Source of the DNA: Candidatus Gastranaerophilales bacterium
Lineage (GTDB): Bacteria > Cyanobacteriota > Vampirovibrionia > Gastranaerophilales > Gastranaerophilaceae
Assembly: GCA_944325095.1 (NCBI GenBank)
Contig: CALUYV010000001.1
Span: forward strand, 1 to 63,793
Direction: 5' to 3'
Length of the DNA: 63,793 nt
Translations under genes and position numbers: made by a program
In this document: positions 47,486 to 56,574 of the stretch, one piece after another
Numbering within the stretch: position 1 is the stretch's first letter
Layout of the letters: each line of letters begins with the position of its first letter
Notes under the pieces: model-generated
Database searches by the model: none
Told to the model about the DNA's origin: nothing
What the model saw: the letters and a program-made list of their open reading frames with translations, nothing else

Positions 47486-49594
47486 TTATCTTGTTTGAAC
47501 TGTGCTTTGTCCGAGGAAGCCTGCCATAGACGGTGCTTTAGACATATATCTTTGTACCGCTATTCCCGGATGTTCTCCAAACGGTTTATTAGCCGCTTCT
47601 TCTTTTGCTATTCTGCGGTTTGTCATTTTTTCGCAAGCATGTGTCAGCCAGATTATCAGACCCGGAACAAACAGGATGACTGAAGCAAAACCGAATGCAC
47701 TGTTGCATGTTTTTGCAGTTTTTAACAAGCCGTTTTCTTTTTCAAATAATTTATAGAAGTCTTTAATAAGTTTGCCGTTTTCATTGTGTGCTGCTCTTAA
47801 AGCATCTTTTATTTCTGCAGCAGAAGCATCGGCATAAGATTTACCGGCAAATTTTTGTAAAATTTCACCTACAGATGCTTTAACTTCTTTATCTTTAGCA
47901 AATGCTTTTTTAATATTACCTTTGCTCTTTTCGATAAATTCCATAAATCCGTTTACACCGCCTTTGTATTTATCAATATGCATATATTTAGATTCCAGCT
48001 GTTTGCTGTTTAAAACGGTATGGCCTGTACTGTTAGGCTGTACATAGGCAATGAATTTCTGGAATAAACTTTTACCTTCCAGATTTTTATGGTTAAGAGC
48101 TAAACCTGTAAGGCTGGTAAATAAATCTGTTGATAAACGCGCAACAGCTTTTGCTCCGAATAATAATGCAGTAAATGCAGTTAAGTCACGAAGCAGGATT
48201 TCTCCGAAATCATACTTATCCTGAGCATTGCTGAGTCTTGGCGGGATACAGAATCCGTACAGCAATGTTGCCATTGCTCCGCCCGGAATGATTGCGCCGT
48301 TCAATTCAAAGATGTCAGAAATGTATTTCGCAATTTTGTTGTTATAAGTCTTATTTGCTATATCTCCGGCAACTGATGCAAGTCCTGTAAACGGAACATC
48401 TTTTTTAGCAGGATCTGCTGCTTTGTTTACTTTTGCAGGCTCTTGATTTGCTGTTTGCTGCGGTGCCTTATTCTGGTTATGTTTTAATGCAGGGTTTGCT
48501 GATAAACCCCAGTTGTACATTTTAGGAATTTGTGTATAGAATAATGCTACCGTACCGAATATACCGAAATTGGTAAGCAGTCTTGTACCCATTTTGTTAT
48601 GAGTAAAGTTCTTGACGGTTTGTTCGATATTTTCGGCATTTAAATTCTCTTTCAATGTTTTGGCTGTAGTTTTGGTAATATCACTAAAGTAATTGTTCAT
48701 TGCCTCTAATAATTCATCAATACTTCCGCCGTTTAATTTGCCGTTGGAAGAAGGGAGTGCAACAGCCATTTCATCGACGATACCGCCGATTGTACCTTTT
48801 TTGAGTTCCATAAATGAGTCAACAACAGAACCGCCGATTTCTTTAATTTTTGCATTCTTGGTTTCTTTATTGAAACTCTTGTTGCTCATGATATTTTCGA
48901 TTTTTATTTGTCTTTGCGCATATTCATCAGCAATTTCGGCAATTTTTTCACTGCTTAACTTGCCGCCTTCAGGCAGTTCACGGTTAATACTGTTGTCAAT
49001 AACATCCTGTAAAACTTCTTTATAGAATGCCGCTTTTCCGGTTTCAGCATTGTCTGCCTGAATTAAATTCATATTTTTATTTGCAAAATTGATATACGGT
49101 TTTTGGAAACTGTCTATATAATCTAATTTAACACCGTTTGCAGCACCGAATTTGTTTTTAATATATTTGAGCATGAACATTGGAATAACAAAAGCACTCG
49201 GCCCTGTAATCACTTCGCGCAGACCTTCTTTTCTGGCAAGTTTCCAATTTAATTCTTCTTCCGGCTGTCCGTTTTCATCAAGAATAACATTGCCGTCTTT
49301 ATCTCTCTTTTCCGGGCCGCCGCGTAAAAGTCCTTTAACAACACGCGGGGTTATAAATCCAAGTCCGTCCTGTATGATAAATTCTGCGGCATATCCGCCT
49401 TTTTCAATAAAATCCATCAATCCGACAACCGGATTGGCACCTGTAAATGTTACGGAATCCTTACTTTCAACTTGCTTTACATGAGGCATGTTTGAGGCTT
49501 CTGTATATGATAAAGAGCGCATATTGGCTTCTTTTTTGAATTTGTTTGAATTATTGTTTGGTTCTACACTTTGAATTACTGGTTTTACTGACAT
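47486..49594 (-). CDS. hypothetical large membrane protein (no recognisable domain)
   Basis: 702-aa uninterrupted ORF. Polar N-terminus and about 5 hydrophobic segments (for example VITGPSAFVIPMFML, NFGIFGTVALFY, AFGFASVILFVPGLIIWL). A strong terminator follows. Confidence 0.5.
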   Translation of the reverse strand: MSVKPVIQSVEPNNNSNKFKKEANMRSLSYTEASNMPHVKQVESKDSVTFTGANPVVGLMDFIEKGGYAAEFIIQDGLGFITPRVVKGLLRGGPEKRDKDGNVILDENGQPEEELNWKLARKEGLREVITGPSAFVIPMFMLKYIKNKFGAANGVKLDYIDSFQKPYINFANKNMNLIQADNAETGKAAFYKEVLQDVIDNSINRELPEGGKLSSEKIAEIADEYAQRQIKIENIMSNKSFNKETKNAKIKEIGGSVVDSFMELKKGTIGGIVDEMAVALPSSNGKLNGGSIDELLEAMNNYFSDITKTTAKTLKENLNAENIEQTVKNFTHNKMGTRLLTNFGIFGTVALFYTQIPKMYNWGLSANPALKHNQNKAPQQTANQEPAKVNKAADPAKKDVPFTGLASVAGDIANKTYNNKIAKYISDIFELNGAIIPGGAMATLLYGFCIPPRLSNAQDKYDFGEILLRDLTAFTALLFGAKAVARLSTDLFTSLTGLALNHKNLEGKSLFQKFIAYVQPNSTGHTVLNSKQLESKYMHIDKYKGGVNGFMEFIEKSKGNIKKAFAKDKEVKASVGEILQKFAGKSYADASAAEIKDALRAAHNENGKLIKDFYKLFEKENGLLKTAKTCNSAFGFASVILFVPGLIIWLTHACEKMTNRRIAKEEAANKPFGEHPGIAVQRYMSKAPSMAGFLGQSTVQTR

Positions 49595-49670
49595 AATCCC
49601 TACTACTATATTTATCGCTGCTACATAATATTAAAAACGACTTAATTTATTAAATTGTCATTTTTTACGA

Positions 49671-49702
49671 TTAATGTTTCAAAACATTAACATTTGAAAT
49701 GT
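49671..49702. promoter_or_regulatory. two abutting palindromes (operator-like) in the divergent 702-aa-gene/trmFO intergenic region
   Basis: TTAATGTTT-ca-AAACATTAA (49671-49690, 9-2-9 perfect) overlaps ACATTT-g-AAATGT (49690-49702, 6-1-6 perfect) at position 49690. Confidence 0.4.
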
Positions 49703-49857
49703 ATATTTTTAAATCAAGTGTAATTATTATACTTAATATTGAAAAAAAATACAAGGATTTTACTACAAGCATAATAAAACTTAACAATTATTAATAAAGA
49801 ATGCTGTTATTAGTGTATTTTTGCCGGTTTAAAAATGTTTTAAATCACAATAAATAT

Positions 49858-49886
49858 TTGACACCAAATTACGGTTAATATACACT
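49858..49886 (+). promoter_or_regulatory. trmFO promoter TTGACA-17-TACACT, with the -10 box 6 nt from the ATG
   Basis: Consensus -35 at 49858-49863, a 17-nt spacer, -10 at 49881-49886, then acagga and ATG 49893. There is no room for a functional SD. Confidence 0.55.
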
Positions 49887-49892
49887 ACAGGA

Positions 49893-51203
49893 ATGGAAGT
49901 CGATGTTATCGGTGCCGGTTTGGCAGGTTCCGAAGCCGCACTGCAGCTTGCAAAAAGAGGATATAAAGTTAATTTATACGAGATGCGCCCGTTTGTGGAA
50001 ACCGGTGCGCATACTACTGGTGATTGTGCTGAATTTGTCTGTTCAAACAGTCTGGGGTCTGATGATATTACAAACGGCAGCGGGCTTTTGAAGCATGAAA
50101 TGGAAATTCTGGGCGGAGAATTGATTAATATTGCAAAGGCATGCCGTGTTCCTGCAGGAAATGCTCTTGCAATTGACAGGCATAAATTTTCACAGGCAGT
50201 TACTGATAAAATTTTAAATTGTGAAAATATCACACTTATCCGCAAGGAAGTTGAACAAATCCCTCAAAATCCGTCAATTATTGCATCAGGCCCTTTAACA
50301 AGTTCAAAATTTGCTCAGGATATTAAAAGGTTTACAAACAGCGAATATTTACATTTTTTTGATGCTATTGCGCCGATAGTTGAAGTTGACAGTATAAATT
50401 TTGATATAGCCTTCTGGGCAAGCCGTTATGACAAGGGGGAAGCCTCATATATAAATTGTCCGATGAATAAAGAGCAGTATGAAAAGTTTTACAATATACT
50501 GATTAATGCTCCTCGTATAGAACAGCATGATTTTGAAAAGGGGGCAAAGTTTTTTGAAAGCTGCCTGCCGATAGAAGTTCTGGCTTCCCGCGGGGAAGAT
50601 ACTTTAAGGTTCGGGCCTATGAAACCGGTCGGACTTATTGATAAGCGGACAAACGAAAAAAATTATGCGGTTGTTCAGTTAAGGCAGGATAATTCTGCTA
50701 AAACATTGTTTAATCTTGTCGGATTTCAGACAAATTTAAAATGGGGAAGCCAGAAGGAACTTTTACATTCCATTCCGGGGCTTGAAAATGTCAATATTGT
50801 ACGTTATGGCGTTATGCACAGAAATACATTTATAAATTCGCCTTCGCTTCTCAATCCGACACTTCAAACAAGAGCACGAAAAGATTTATTTTTTGCCGGT
50901 CAGATAACAGGGACAGAAGGTTATACGGAATCCATCGCTTCGGGTTTGCTTGCCGGAATTAATATGTCAAGGCTTTTGTCAGGCAAGCCGCTTTTAGAAT
51001 TGCCGCAGGATACTATGCTAGGTGCTTTGACACACTATATAACAAATCCGGAGCATACGAATTTTCAGCCGATAAACTCTAACTGGGGAATTGTTCCGCC
51101 TGTTGATTTACCTAAAAAAGAGCGTAAAAATAAAAAATTGAAAGGCGAACTCATGGCAAAACGCGCAGTTGCATCTCTTGAGAGTTTCCTAAAATCTGTT
51201 TAA
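49893..51203 (+). CDS. trmFO: methylenetetrahydrofolate--tRNA-(uracil54-C5)-methyltransferase
   Basis: 436 aa. FAD motif VIGAGLAGSEAA, CSNSLGS, GQITGTEGYTESIASGLLAG. GidA-related short form. Confidence 0.9.
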   Translation: MEVDVIGAGLAGSEAALQLAKRGYKVNLYEMRPFVETGAHTTGDCAEFVCSNSLGSDDITNGSGLLKHEMEILGGELINIAKACRVPAGNALAIDRHKFSQAVTDKILNCENITLIRKEVEQIPQNPSIIASGPLTSSKFAQDIKRFTNSEYLHFFDAIAPIVEVDSINFDIAFWASRYDKGEASYINCPMNKEQYEKFYNILINAPRIEQHDFEKGAKFFESCLPIEVLASRGEDTLRFGPMKPVGLIDKRTNEKNYAVVQLRQDNSAKTLFNLVGFQTNLKWGSQKELLHSIPGLENVNIVRYGVMHRNTFINSPSLLNPTLQTRARKDLFFAGQITGTEGYTESIASGLLAGINMSRLLSGKPLLELPQDTMLGALTHYITNPEHTNFQPINSNWGIVPPVDLPKKERKNKKLKGELMAKRAVASLESFLKSV

Positions 51204-51223
51204 TATTATTATTGCGGAAAGAA

Positions 51224-52462
51224 TTACATTTCTGTTTCTAACAGCGGCATTTCAAGAGCAGATACAGGTTTTATTGCATTGCCGGAAATTCCCTGTATTG
51301 AACCGTACATATCCGTTGTTGCGGAAATTACATTCATAATTTCTTTTTCCCGTTTTTTCCATAATTTGTTCATTGCCCGTTTTTCGGCTTCCAAATCGGT
51401 CTGCATTCCGACAAAGGCATTTACTATTGTTTCAAACTGAAAACGAAATTCCGTACTGGTCAGATAATTATATAAAAGGGCACTTTTTTCGTGGCGGTTT
51501 TCCTGCAGTGATTTCATTTCGCTCAATTTTATTATGTTTTCACGCAGGATGTAAGAAAGTGCTTTAAATTCTTCATAAGTGCATATATAAACCCCGTCTT
51601 TTAAACCCATACGGGTCATATCTTTAGGATAAATTGCCGTTACAAGAACACCGATATCCGCCCCTTTTGCCTGAATATCGTTTTTGAATTTTTTAATCCA
51701 ATCTTCGTTGAAGGTTTTGGTTCGCTTACTTTCATAATAAATTGTGCCGCAGTTTTGTTTTTGAGGGGTGTTTACAATTTGTATTGAATCAGCTCCCATA
51801 TCACCTTTGCCGACTTCCTGAATTTCATCATATTTAAAGTTTTCTGCAAGATATTTTTCTATTGCAAGTTCCTGAATCTCGCCCTGCAACTGCATAGAAC
51901 CCTGTTCCTGCCGCTTTTTCATTTCTTCTGTCAGATTTTTTTGATCCTGCAGTTGTTTTTGCAGGGTTGCTATTTGAAGTTCATATTTTTCTTCCGCGCT
52001 TTTTTGCATTTTCTGTTTTTCTTCTGCAAGTTTTTGATTAAATTCTTTTTCAGCTTCTGCTGCAATTTGTTCTTTTAATTCTGCTTTTTCTCTTTCCAGA
52101 CGAGATTTTTCCGCCTTTAATTTATTGAAATCTTTTAATTGTTCCGATTTTTCTTCAAGTTCTTTTTCAAGGGTTTTGTATGCTTCTTCCTGTTCTGCCA
52201 GAATATCTTTACGAAGTTTTTCTTCTTTTTGTTTAAATTCTTTTTTCTTGTCGTTTATAATTTCTTCTATTGCTTTTTCTTTTTCTTCTTCGTATTTATC
52301 CTGCAATTTCTGGTAATCTGCCTTATATTTTTTTATTTCTTTTTCATATTCGGATTTTTGTATTGCAAGTTCTTTATCCACAACTTCTTTAGAGCCTGTT
52401 AAAATTAAATTTTCAATATCGATTTCTTCCCCGCATTTCGGACATTTTATTTTATTTGCCAT
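51224..52462 (-). CDS. DUF2130-like protein: N-terminal zinc ribbon, long coiled coil, C-terminal PD-(D/E)xK-like domain
   Basis: 412 aa. Has KCPKCGEEI at the N-terminus and a roughly 170-aa K/E-rich heptad region. The C-terminal GADSIQIV...IYYESKRTK fits a D...ExK pattern. Confidence 0.55.
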   Translation of the reverse strand: MANKIKCPKCGEEIDIENLILTGSKEVVDKELAIQKSEYEKEIKKYKADYQKLQDKYEEEKEKAIEEIINDKKKEFKQKEEKLRKDILAEQEEAYKTLEKELEEKSEQLKDFNKLKAEKSRLEREKAELKEQIAAEAEKEFNQKLAEEKQKMQKSAEEKYELQIATLQKQLQDQKNLTEEMKKRQEQGSMQLQGEIQELAIEKYLAENFKYDEIQEVGKGDMGADSIQIVNTPQKQNCGTIYYESKRTKTFNEDWIKKFKNDIQAKGADIGVLVTAIYPKDMTRMGLKDGVYICTYEEFKALSYILRENIIKLSEMKSLQENRHEKSALLYNYLTSTEFRFQFETIVNAFVGMQTDLEAEKRAMNKLWKKREKEIMNVISATTDMYGSIQGISGNAIKPVSALEMPLLETEM

Positions 52463-52641
52463 TATTTATCCCCTTTTCTACAGGGTAATTTATTAACTTT
52501 TTATTGTCAACTCAAATTTAATTATATTTAATAATTTTCAATAATATATGAATATTGAATATGTTTATATTATGATTACTATGCTGAGAGCAGCAGAATA
52601 ATATGTTGGAATACTTTGTATTTTATATGAGGTAAAGTTTG

Positions 52642-53955
52642 ATGAAGTACAGCATTTTGAGTGTACTGACGGCATGGATTTTTCCTACAAGAAAAGACCG
52701 GAATAAATTTAGAAATTTTTGCAAAAGTATTGATAACAGAGCAAAAATAAAAAAAGCACAGATGAGGTATCCGCGTCTGATTGAAAAAATAAGAAATAAC
52801 AAAAATGCTAAAATAAAAGTTTTGTTTCTTGTTAACGAAAATTCTAAATGGAAAACACAATCACTGTACGAATATTTTGCAAAATCTGACAGATACGAAC
52901 CTGTTATTGCTCTGACTATTGCAGATGCACAAAGAAAATTGCCTTTTGAAGAAAAGTTAAAATGTCTTGAAGATAATTATAATTTTTTTACCGGTAAAGG
53001 TATGAATTGTGTTTATGCGTGGAATACAAAAACAAACAGGGCTATTAATTTAAAAGTTTTCAAACCTCAGATTGTTTTTTATCAGCAGCCGTGGTATCTT
53101 CCCAAAACCCAGATGCCGGATGTTGTTTCAAAATTTGCTCTCACATGTTATGTTCCGTATTTTCTGCCAAATTACGGAATTATGAATATGGATTATTTTG
53201 ATTTCCATAAATTTTTGTTCAGGAATTATGTATTAAATAAGGATTGGGAAAACCTGTATAAAGAATACGCAGGAGAAGAATACGGGGATAATATTCGTGC
53301 TGCCGGTCATACTGCGCTTGATTATATGTATTTAAACCGCGGTTTGGAATATAAACCGGAGTATGTGATTTATGCACCCCACTGGTCAGTTTCTTGTCAG
53401 GGCAATGAGAATGATGAAAATTACGGAACTTTTTTATGGAATTATAATTTTATGCTTGATTATGCACGGAATCATCCGGAGATTAAATGGGTATTTAAAC
53501 CGCATCCGACATTGAAACAGGCTCTTTTAAGAACAGGTTTGTTTAAAGAAAATGATATAGAAAATTATTACAGAGAATGGGAAAAAATTGCAGCAGTCTG
53601 TTATTCTTCCGAATATACCGAAATTTTTATGAAATCGAAGTTGTTAATTACGGACTGCGGTTCTTTTCTTGTAGAATATTTCTGTACCGGAAAACCGGTG
53701 GTTCATTTGATATCAGACAGATGCAATATAGTGCCGCCGCTTCCGTCGCGTAGAATTTTTGATACTTTTTACAAGGTAAGAAATGCAAGCGAATTCTACA
53801 ACAGTCTTGATACTTTGTTAAGAAGAGATTATGACTACAAGAAAACCGAACGGCTGAAGGTTTTGAATGAATTGAATCTTGGAAATTGTTATGCCGCTAA
53901 AAATATTTATGAAGATTTAGAATCTGTTATAAAAGGAGAAGAAAATGCAAAATAA
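52642..53955 (+). CDS. CDP-glycerol/ribitol phosphotransferase-like (TagF/Glyphos_transf family), divergent member
   Basis: VIYAPHWS and LLITDCGSFLVEYF mirror the YAPTWR / ITDYSS motifs of TagF-type enzymes. GAGGT SD; the track begins at TTG 52639. Confidence 0.6.
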   Translation: MKYSILSVLTAWIFPTRKDRNKFRNFCKSIDNRAKIKKAQMRYPRLIEKIRNNKNAKIKVLFLVNENSKWKTQSLYEYFAKSDRYEPVIALTIADAQRKLPFEEKLKCLEDNYNFFTGKGMNCVYAWNTKTNRAINLKVFKPQIVFYQQPWYLPKTQMPDVVSKFALTCYVPYFLPNYGIMNMDYFDFHKFLFRNYVLNKDWENLYKEYAGEEYGDNIRAAGHTALDYMYLNRGLEYKPEYVIYAPHWSVSCQGNENDENYGTFLWNYNFMLDYARNHPEIKWVFKPHPTLKQALLRTGLFKENDIENYYREWEKIAAVCYSSEYTEIFMKSKLLITDCGSFLVEYFCTGKPVVHLISDRCNIVPPLPSRRIFDTFYKVRNASEFYNSLDTLLRRDYDYKKTERLKVLNELNLGNCYAAKNIYEDLESVIKGEENAK

Positions 53956-55300
53956 ATTAAAAAATTACGGAATAATACTTGCGTCAGGTGTCGGGAGCAG
54001 ATACAGCAGTGATATTCCGAAGCAGTTTATCAAAATTGCGGGTAAGACTGTTCTTGAGCATACGGTTGAAATATTTGAAAAATCTGCATTTATTGATGAG
54101 ATAATTCTTGTTATTACTCCGGATTACAGGCATATTGCAGAAAATATACTATTAAAAAATAATTATAAAAAAATTTCAAAATTGTTAAACGGCGGAGCCA
54201 CAAGAAAAGACAGTTCGTCTATTGCGATTTCGTCAATTGATGATGAAGAAGCAAATGTTCTAATTCACGACTGTGCAAGACCGTTTGTAACCGAAAATAT
54301 TTTGGGCGAATGTGTAAAAGCACTCGAAAAATACAGTGCGGTGGATGTTGCGATACCGTCTGCCGATACGATTATCAAAGTGAAAGACAGTATAATCGAT
54401 TCTATTCCAAACAGAGCGGAACTTCAGCGCGGACAGACTCCTCAGTGTTTTAAACTGTCATTAATTAAAAAAGCGCATGAACTTTCAAAAGGGGATAACA
54501 ATTTTACTGATGACTGCGGTCTTATTGTAAAATATAATCTTGCAGATGTATATGTTGTAAAAGGCTCCGGCGAAAATATTAAAATAACTTATCCGGAGGA
54601 TATTTTTATGGCAGACAGACTGTTCCAGATAAGGAGTTCTTCCTGTCCTGAAAATACTTCGTTAGAACACTTAAAAGATAAAGTTATTGTTGTTTTTGGC
54701 GGAACGAGCGGGATTGGAGAATGTATTGTTAATCTCGGCAGGCAATACGGCGCAAAAATGTATGCCGAATCAACCAGATCAGGTTGTGATATCACGGATT
54801 ATGACAGTGTATGTTCTGCTCTGGAAAAAGTTTATGCTCAAAACAATCGTATTGATTATGTTGTCAATTCAGCAGGTATTTTGAAGATGGGTAAACTTTT
54901 GGATAGAGATATCTCTGATATTAAAAAAGATATTGAAATAAATTATATCGGTTCAATAAATACGGCAAAAGCAAGTATTCCTTATCTGCAGGAATCTGAG
55001 GGGGCTATATTGTTATTTGCTTCAAGTTCATACACAAGAGGCAGAGCTTTGTATTCAACATATTCATCTACAAAAGCGGGTATTGTTAATCTTTCGCAGG
55101 CTCTGGCAGAGGAACTTGTTTCTGATAGAATAAGAATAAATGTTATTAATCCTGAAAGAACTGCTACCCCTATGAGGACAAAAGCGTTCGGACAAGAACC
55201 TGAAGGCAGTCTGCTCAAACCGGAAATCGTTGCTGAGGTTTCTTTGAAAACTCTGCTTTCCGATTTGACCGGTCAGGTAATTGATGTAAGACGAAAATAA
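53945..55300 (+). CDS. bifunctional CDP-ribitol synthase-like: IspD/TarI cytidylyltransferase fused to an SDR reductase (Bcs1/Acs1-type architecture)
   Basis: N-terminal half has ILASGVGSRYSSDIPKQF and HDCARPF. C-terminal half has the SDR motifs VVFGGTSGIGECI (TGxxxGIG) and YSSTKAG (YxxxK). Confidence 0.75.
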   Translation: MQNKLKNYGIILASGVGSRYSSDIPKQFIKIAGKTVLEHTVEIFEKSAFIDEIILVITPDYRHIAENILLKNNYKKISKLLNGGATRKDSSSIAISSIDDEEANVLIHDCARPFVTENILGECVKALEKYSAVDVAIPSADTIIKVKDSIIDSIPNRAELQRGQTPQCFKLSLIKKAHELSKGDNNFTDDCGLIVKYNLADVYVVKGSGENIKITYPEDIFMADRLFQIRSSSCPENTSLEHLKDKVIVVFGGTSGIGECIVNLGRQYGAKMYAESTRSGCDITDYDSVCSALEKVYAQNNRIDYVVNSAGILKMGKLLDRDISDIKKDIEINYIGSINTAKASIPYLQESEGAILLFASSSYTRGRALYSTYSSTKAGIVNLSQALAEELVSDRIRINVINPERTATPMRTKAFGQEPEGSLLKPEIVAEVSLKTLLSDLTGQVIDVRRK

Positions 55301-55314
55301 CAGGTATTTTGCGG

Positions 55315-56574
55315 ATGGGTATTTTGCAAAAAATATTTGAAATTACTAATACCGGCACTCATAAAGTTATTACTGTTATGGGTGTTAAGTTGAAGTTGAA
55401 AAGAAATCAGACAAAAGAAAAATTGTTTATTTTTGAACATATTTTCTGCTATTTTGTAAGTAAATTTTGCAAGGTTAAGAAAAATAAGATTGTTTTTATT
55501 AATCTTATGAACTGGCAGTATGCTGATAATCAGAAGTATCTGGCAGAGGAATTTCTTTCAAGAGATTTGAAAAATCTTGATATGGTATGGTTTTCAAATA
55601 ATCAGACTGATTTAAAATTAATCCCGTCCGGTTTAAGAGTCGTTAATTACAATTCACTCAGAGCGTTGTATGAATTTATGACTGCCGGAATTTGGGTTAT
55701 TAATGCCAATCCGTTTTTAATGCTCAAAAAAGGTGCTAAAAAATTAAAAGGTACAATTTGTATGCAAACCTGGCACGGAACAATGGGAATTAAGCAGGAA
55801 AGTGCGAATGCGGCTCCTAAGGCATATCAGAATTTAGGCTGGACAAAATGGCAGCGATTATCCGCTTCTATGTATGATTATATTTTTACGGACAGCGAAT
55901 TTGAAAAAGAAAAATATAAAACCGCATTCTGGGGATATGGTGAAATTTTAAAATTCGGTATTCCGAGAGATAAAAATTTTTATATTCAAGGGGCAGATTA
56001 TTCGAAAAAAATCAAAGAGTATTATAATATTTCGTCTGAAAACAAAATATTGCTATATGCGCCGACTTGGAGAGTTGATAAAAGATGTAATGTTTATAAT
56101 ATTGATATTAAACTTTTGAAAAGAGTTTTGAATAAAAGATTTGGCGGAGAATGGTCAATTCTTATCAGAAGTCATGTGCATATGAAAAAAGCAATATTTA
56201 ATGCCTTGTATGATAAAAATGAAGTAATCAATACTGCCTCATACCCTGATATGCAGGAATTATTATTAGCAGCGGATGTTCTTATAACAGATTACAGTTC
56301 ATGTTTATCCGAGTATGCAATACTATCCAAGCCTGCATTTATTTATGCTGCTGATATAAAAGATTTTGAACAGGGTTTTGCTTATCCTGTAACGGATTTG
56401 CCTGCTGATATTGCAACAGACAACGGTGAACTTGCTCAAAATATTTTAAATTTTGATTACGATAAATTCAGACAAAAGGCTAAACAATTCCTTGAAGATA
56501 AAGGGCATTTTGACGATGAAAATTCCTGCAAAAGGATTGTTGATTTTATACTTGATAAAATGGAGCAGAAATGA
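55315..56574 (+). CDS. CDP-glycerol/ribitol phosphotransferase (TagF/TarL family)
   Basis: Canonical LLYAPTWRVD and VLITDYSSCLSEYA motifs. The track begins at TTG 55309. Confidence 0.75.
   Translation: MGILQKIFEITNTGTHKVITVMGVKLKLKRNQTKEKLFIFEHIFCYFVSKFCKVKKNKIVFINLMNWQYADNQKYLAEEFLSRDLKNLDMVWFSNNQTDLKLIPSGLRVVNYNSLRALYEFMTAGIWVINANPFLMLKKGAKKLKGTICMQTWHGTMGIKQESANAAPKAYQNLGWTKWQRLSASMYDYIFTDSEFEKEKYKTAFWGYGEILKFGIPRDKNFYIQGADYSKKIKEYYNISSENKILLYAPTWRVDKRCNVYNIDIKLLKRVLNKRFGGEWSILIRSHVHMKKAIFNALYDKNEVINTASYPDMQELLLAADVLITDYSSCLSEYAILSKPAFIYAADIKDFEQGFAYPVTDLPADIATDNGELAQNILNFDYDKFRQKAKQFLEDKGHFDDENSCKRIVDFILDKMEQK

Noticed and set aside
49829-50245. A 138-aa minus-strand ORF overlapping the trmFO start. 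Many similar antisense ORFs appear in the track (for example 17609..18142, 52139..52402, 44263..44682, 62674..63102).
   Set aside because: They lie antisense to strongly supported genes, have low-complexity or Phe/Ile/Ser-rich translations typical of AT-rich antisense frames, and lack SD sequences.
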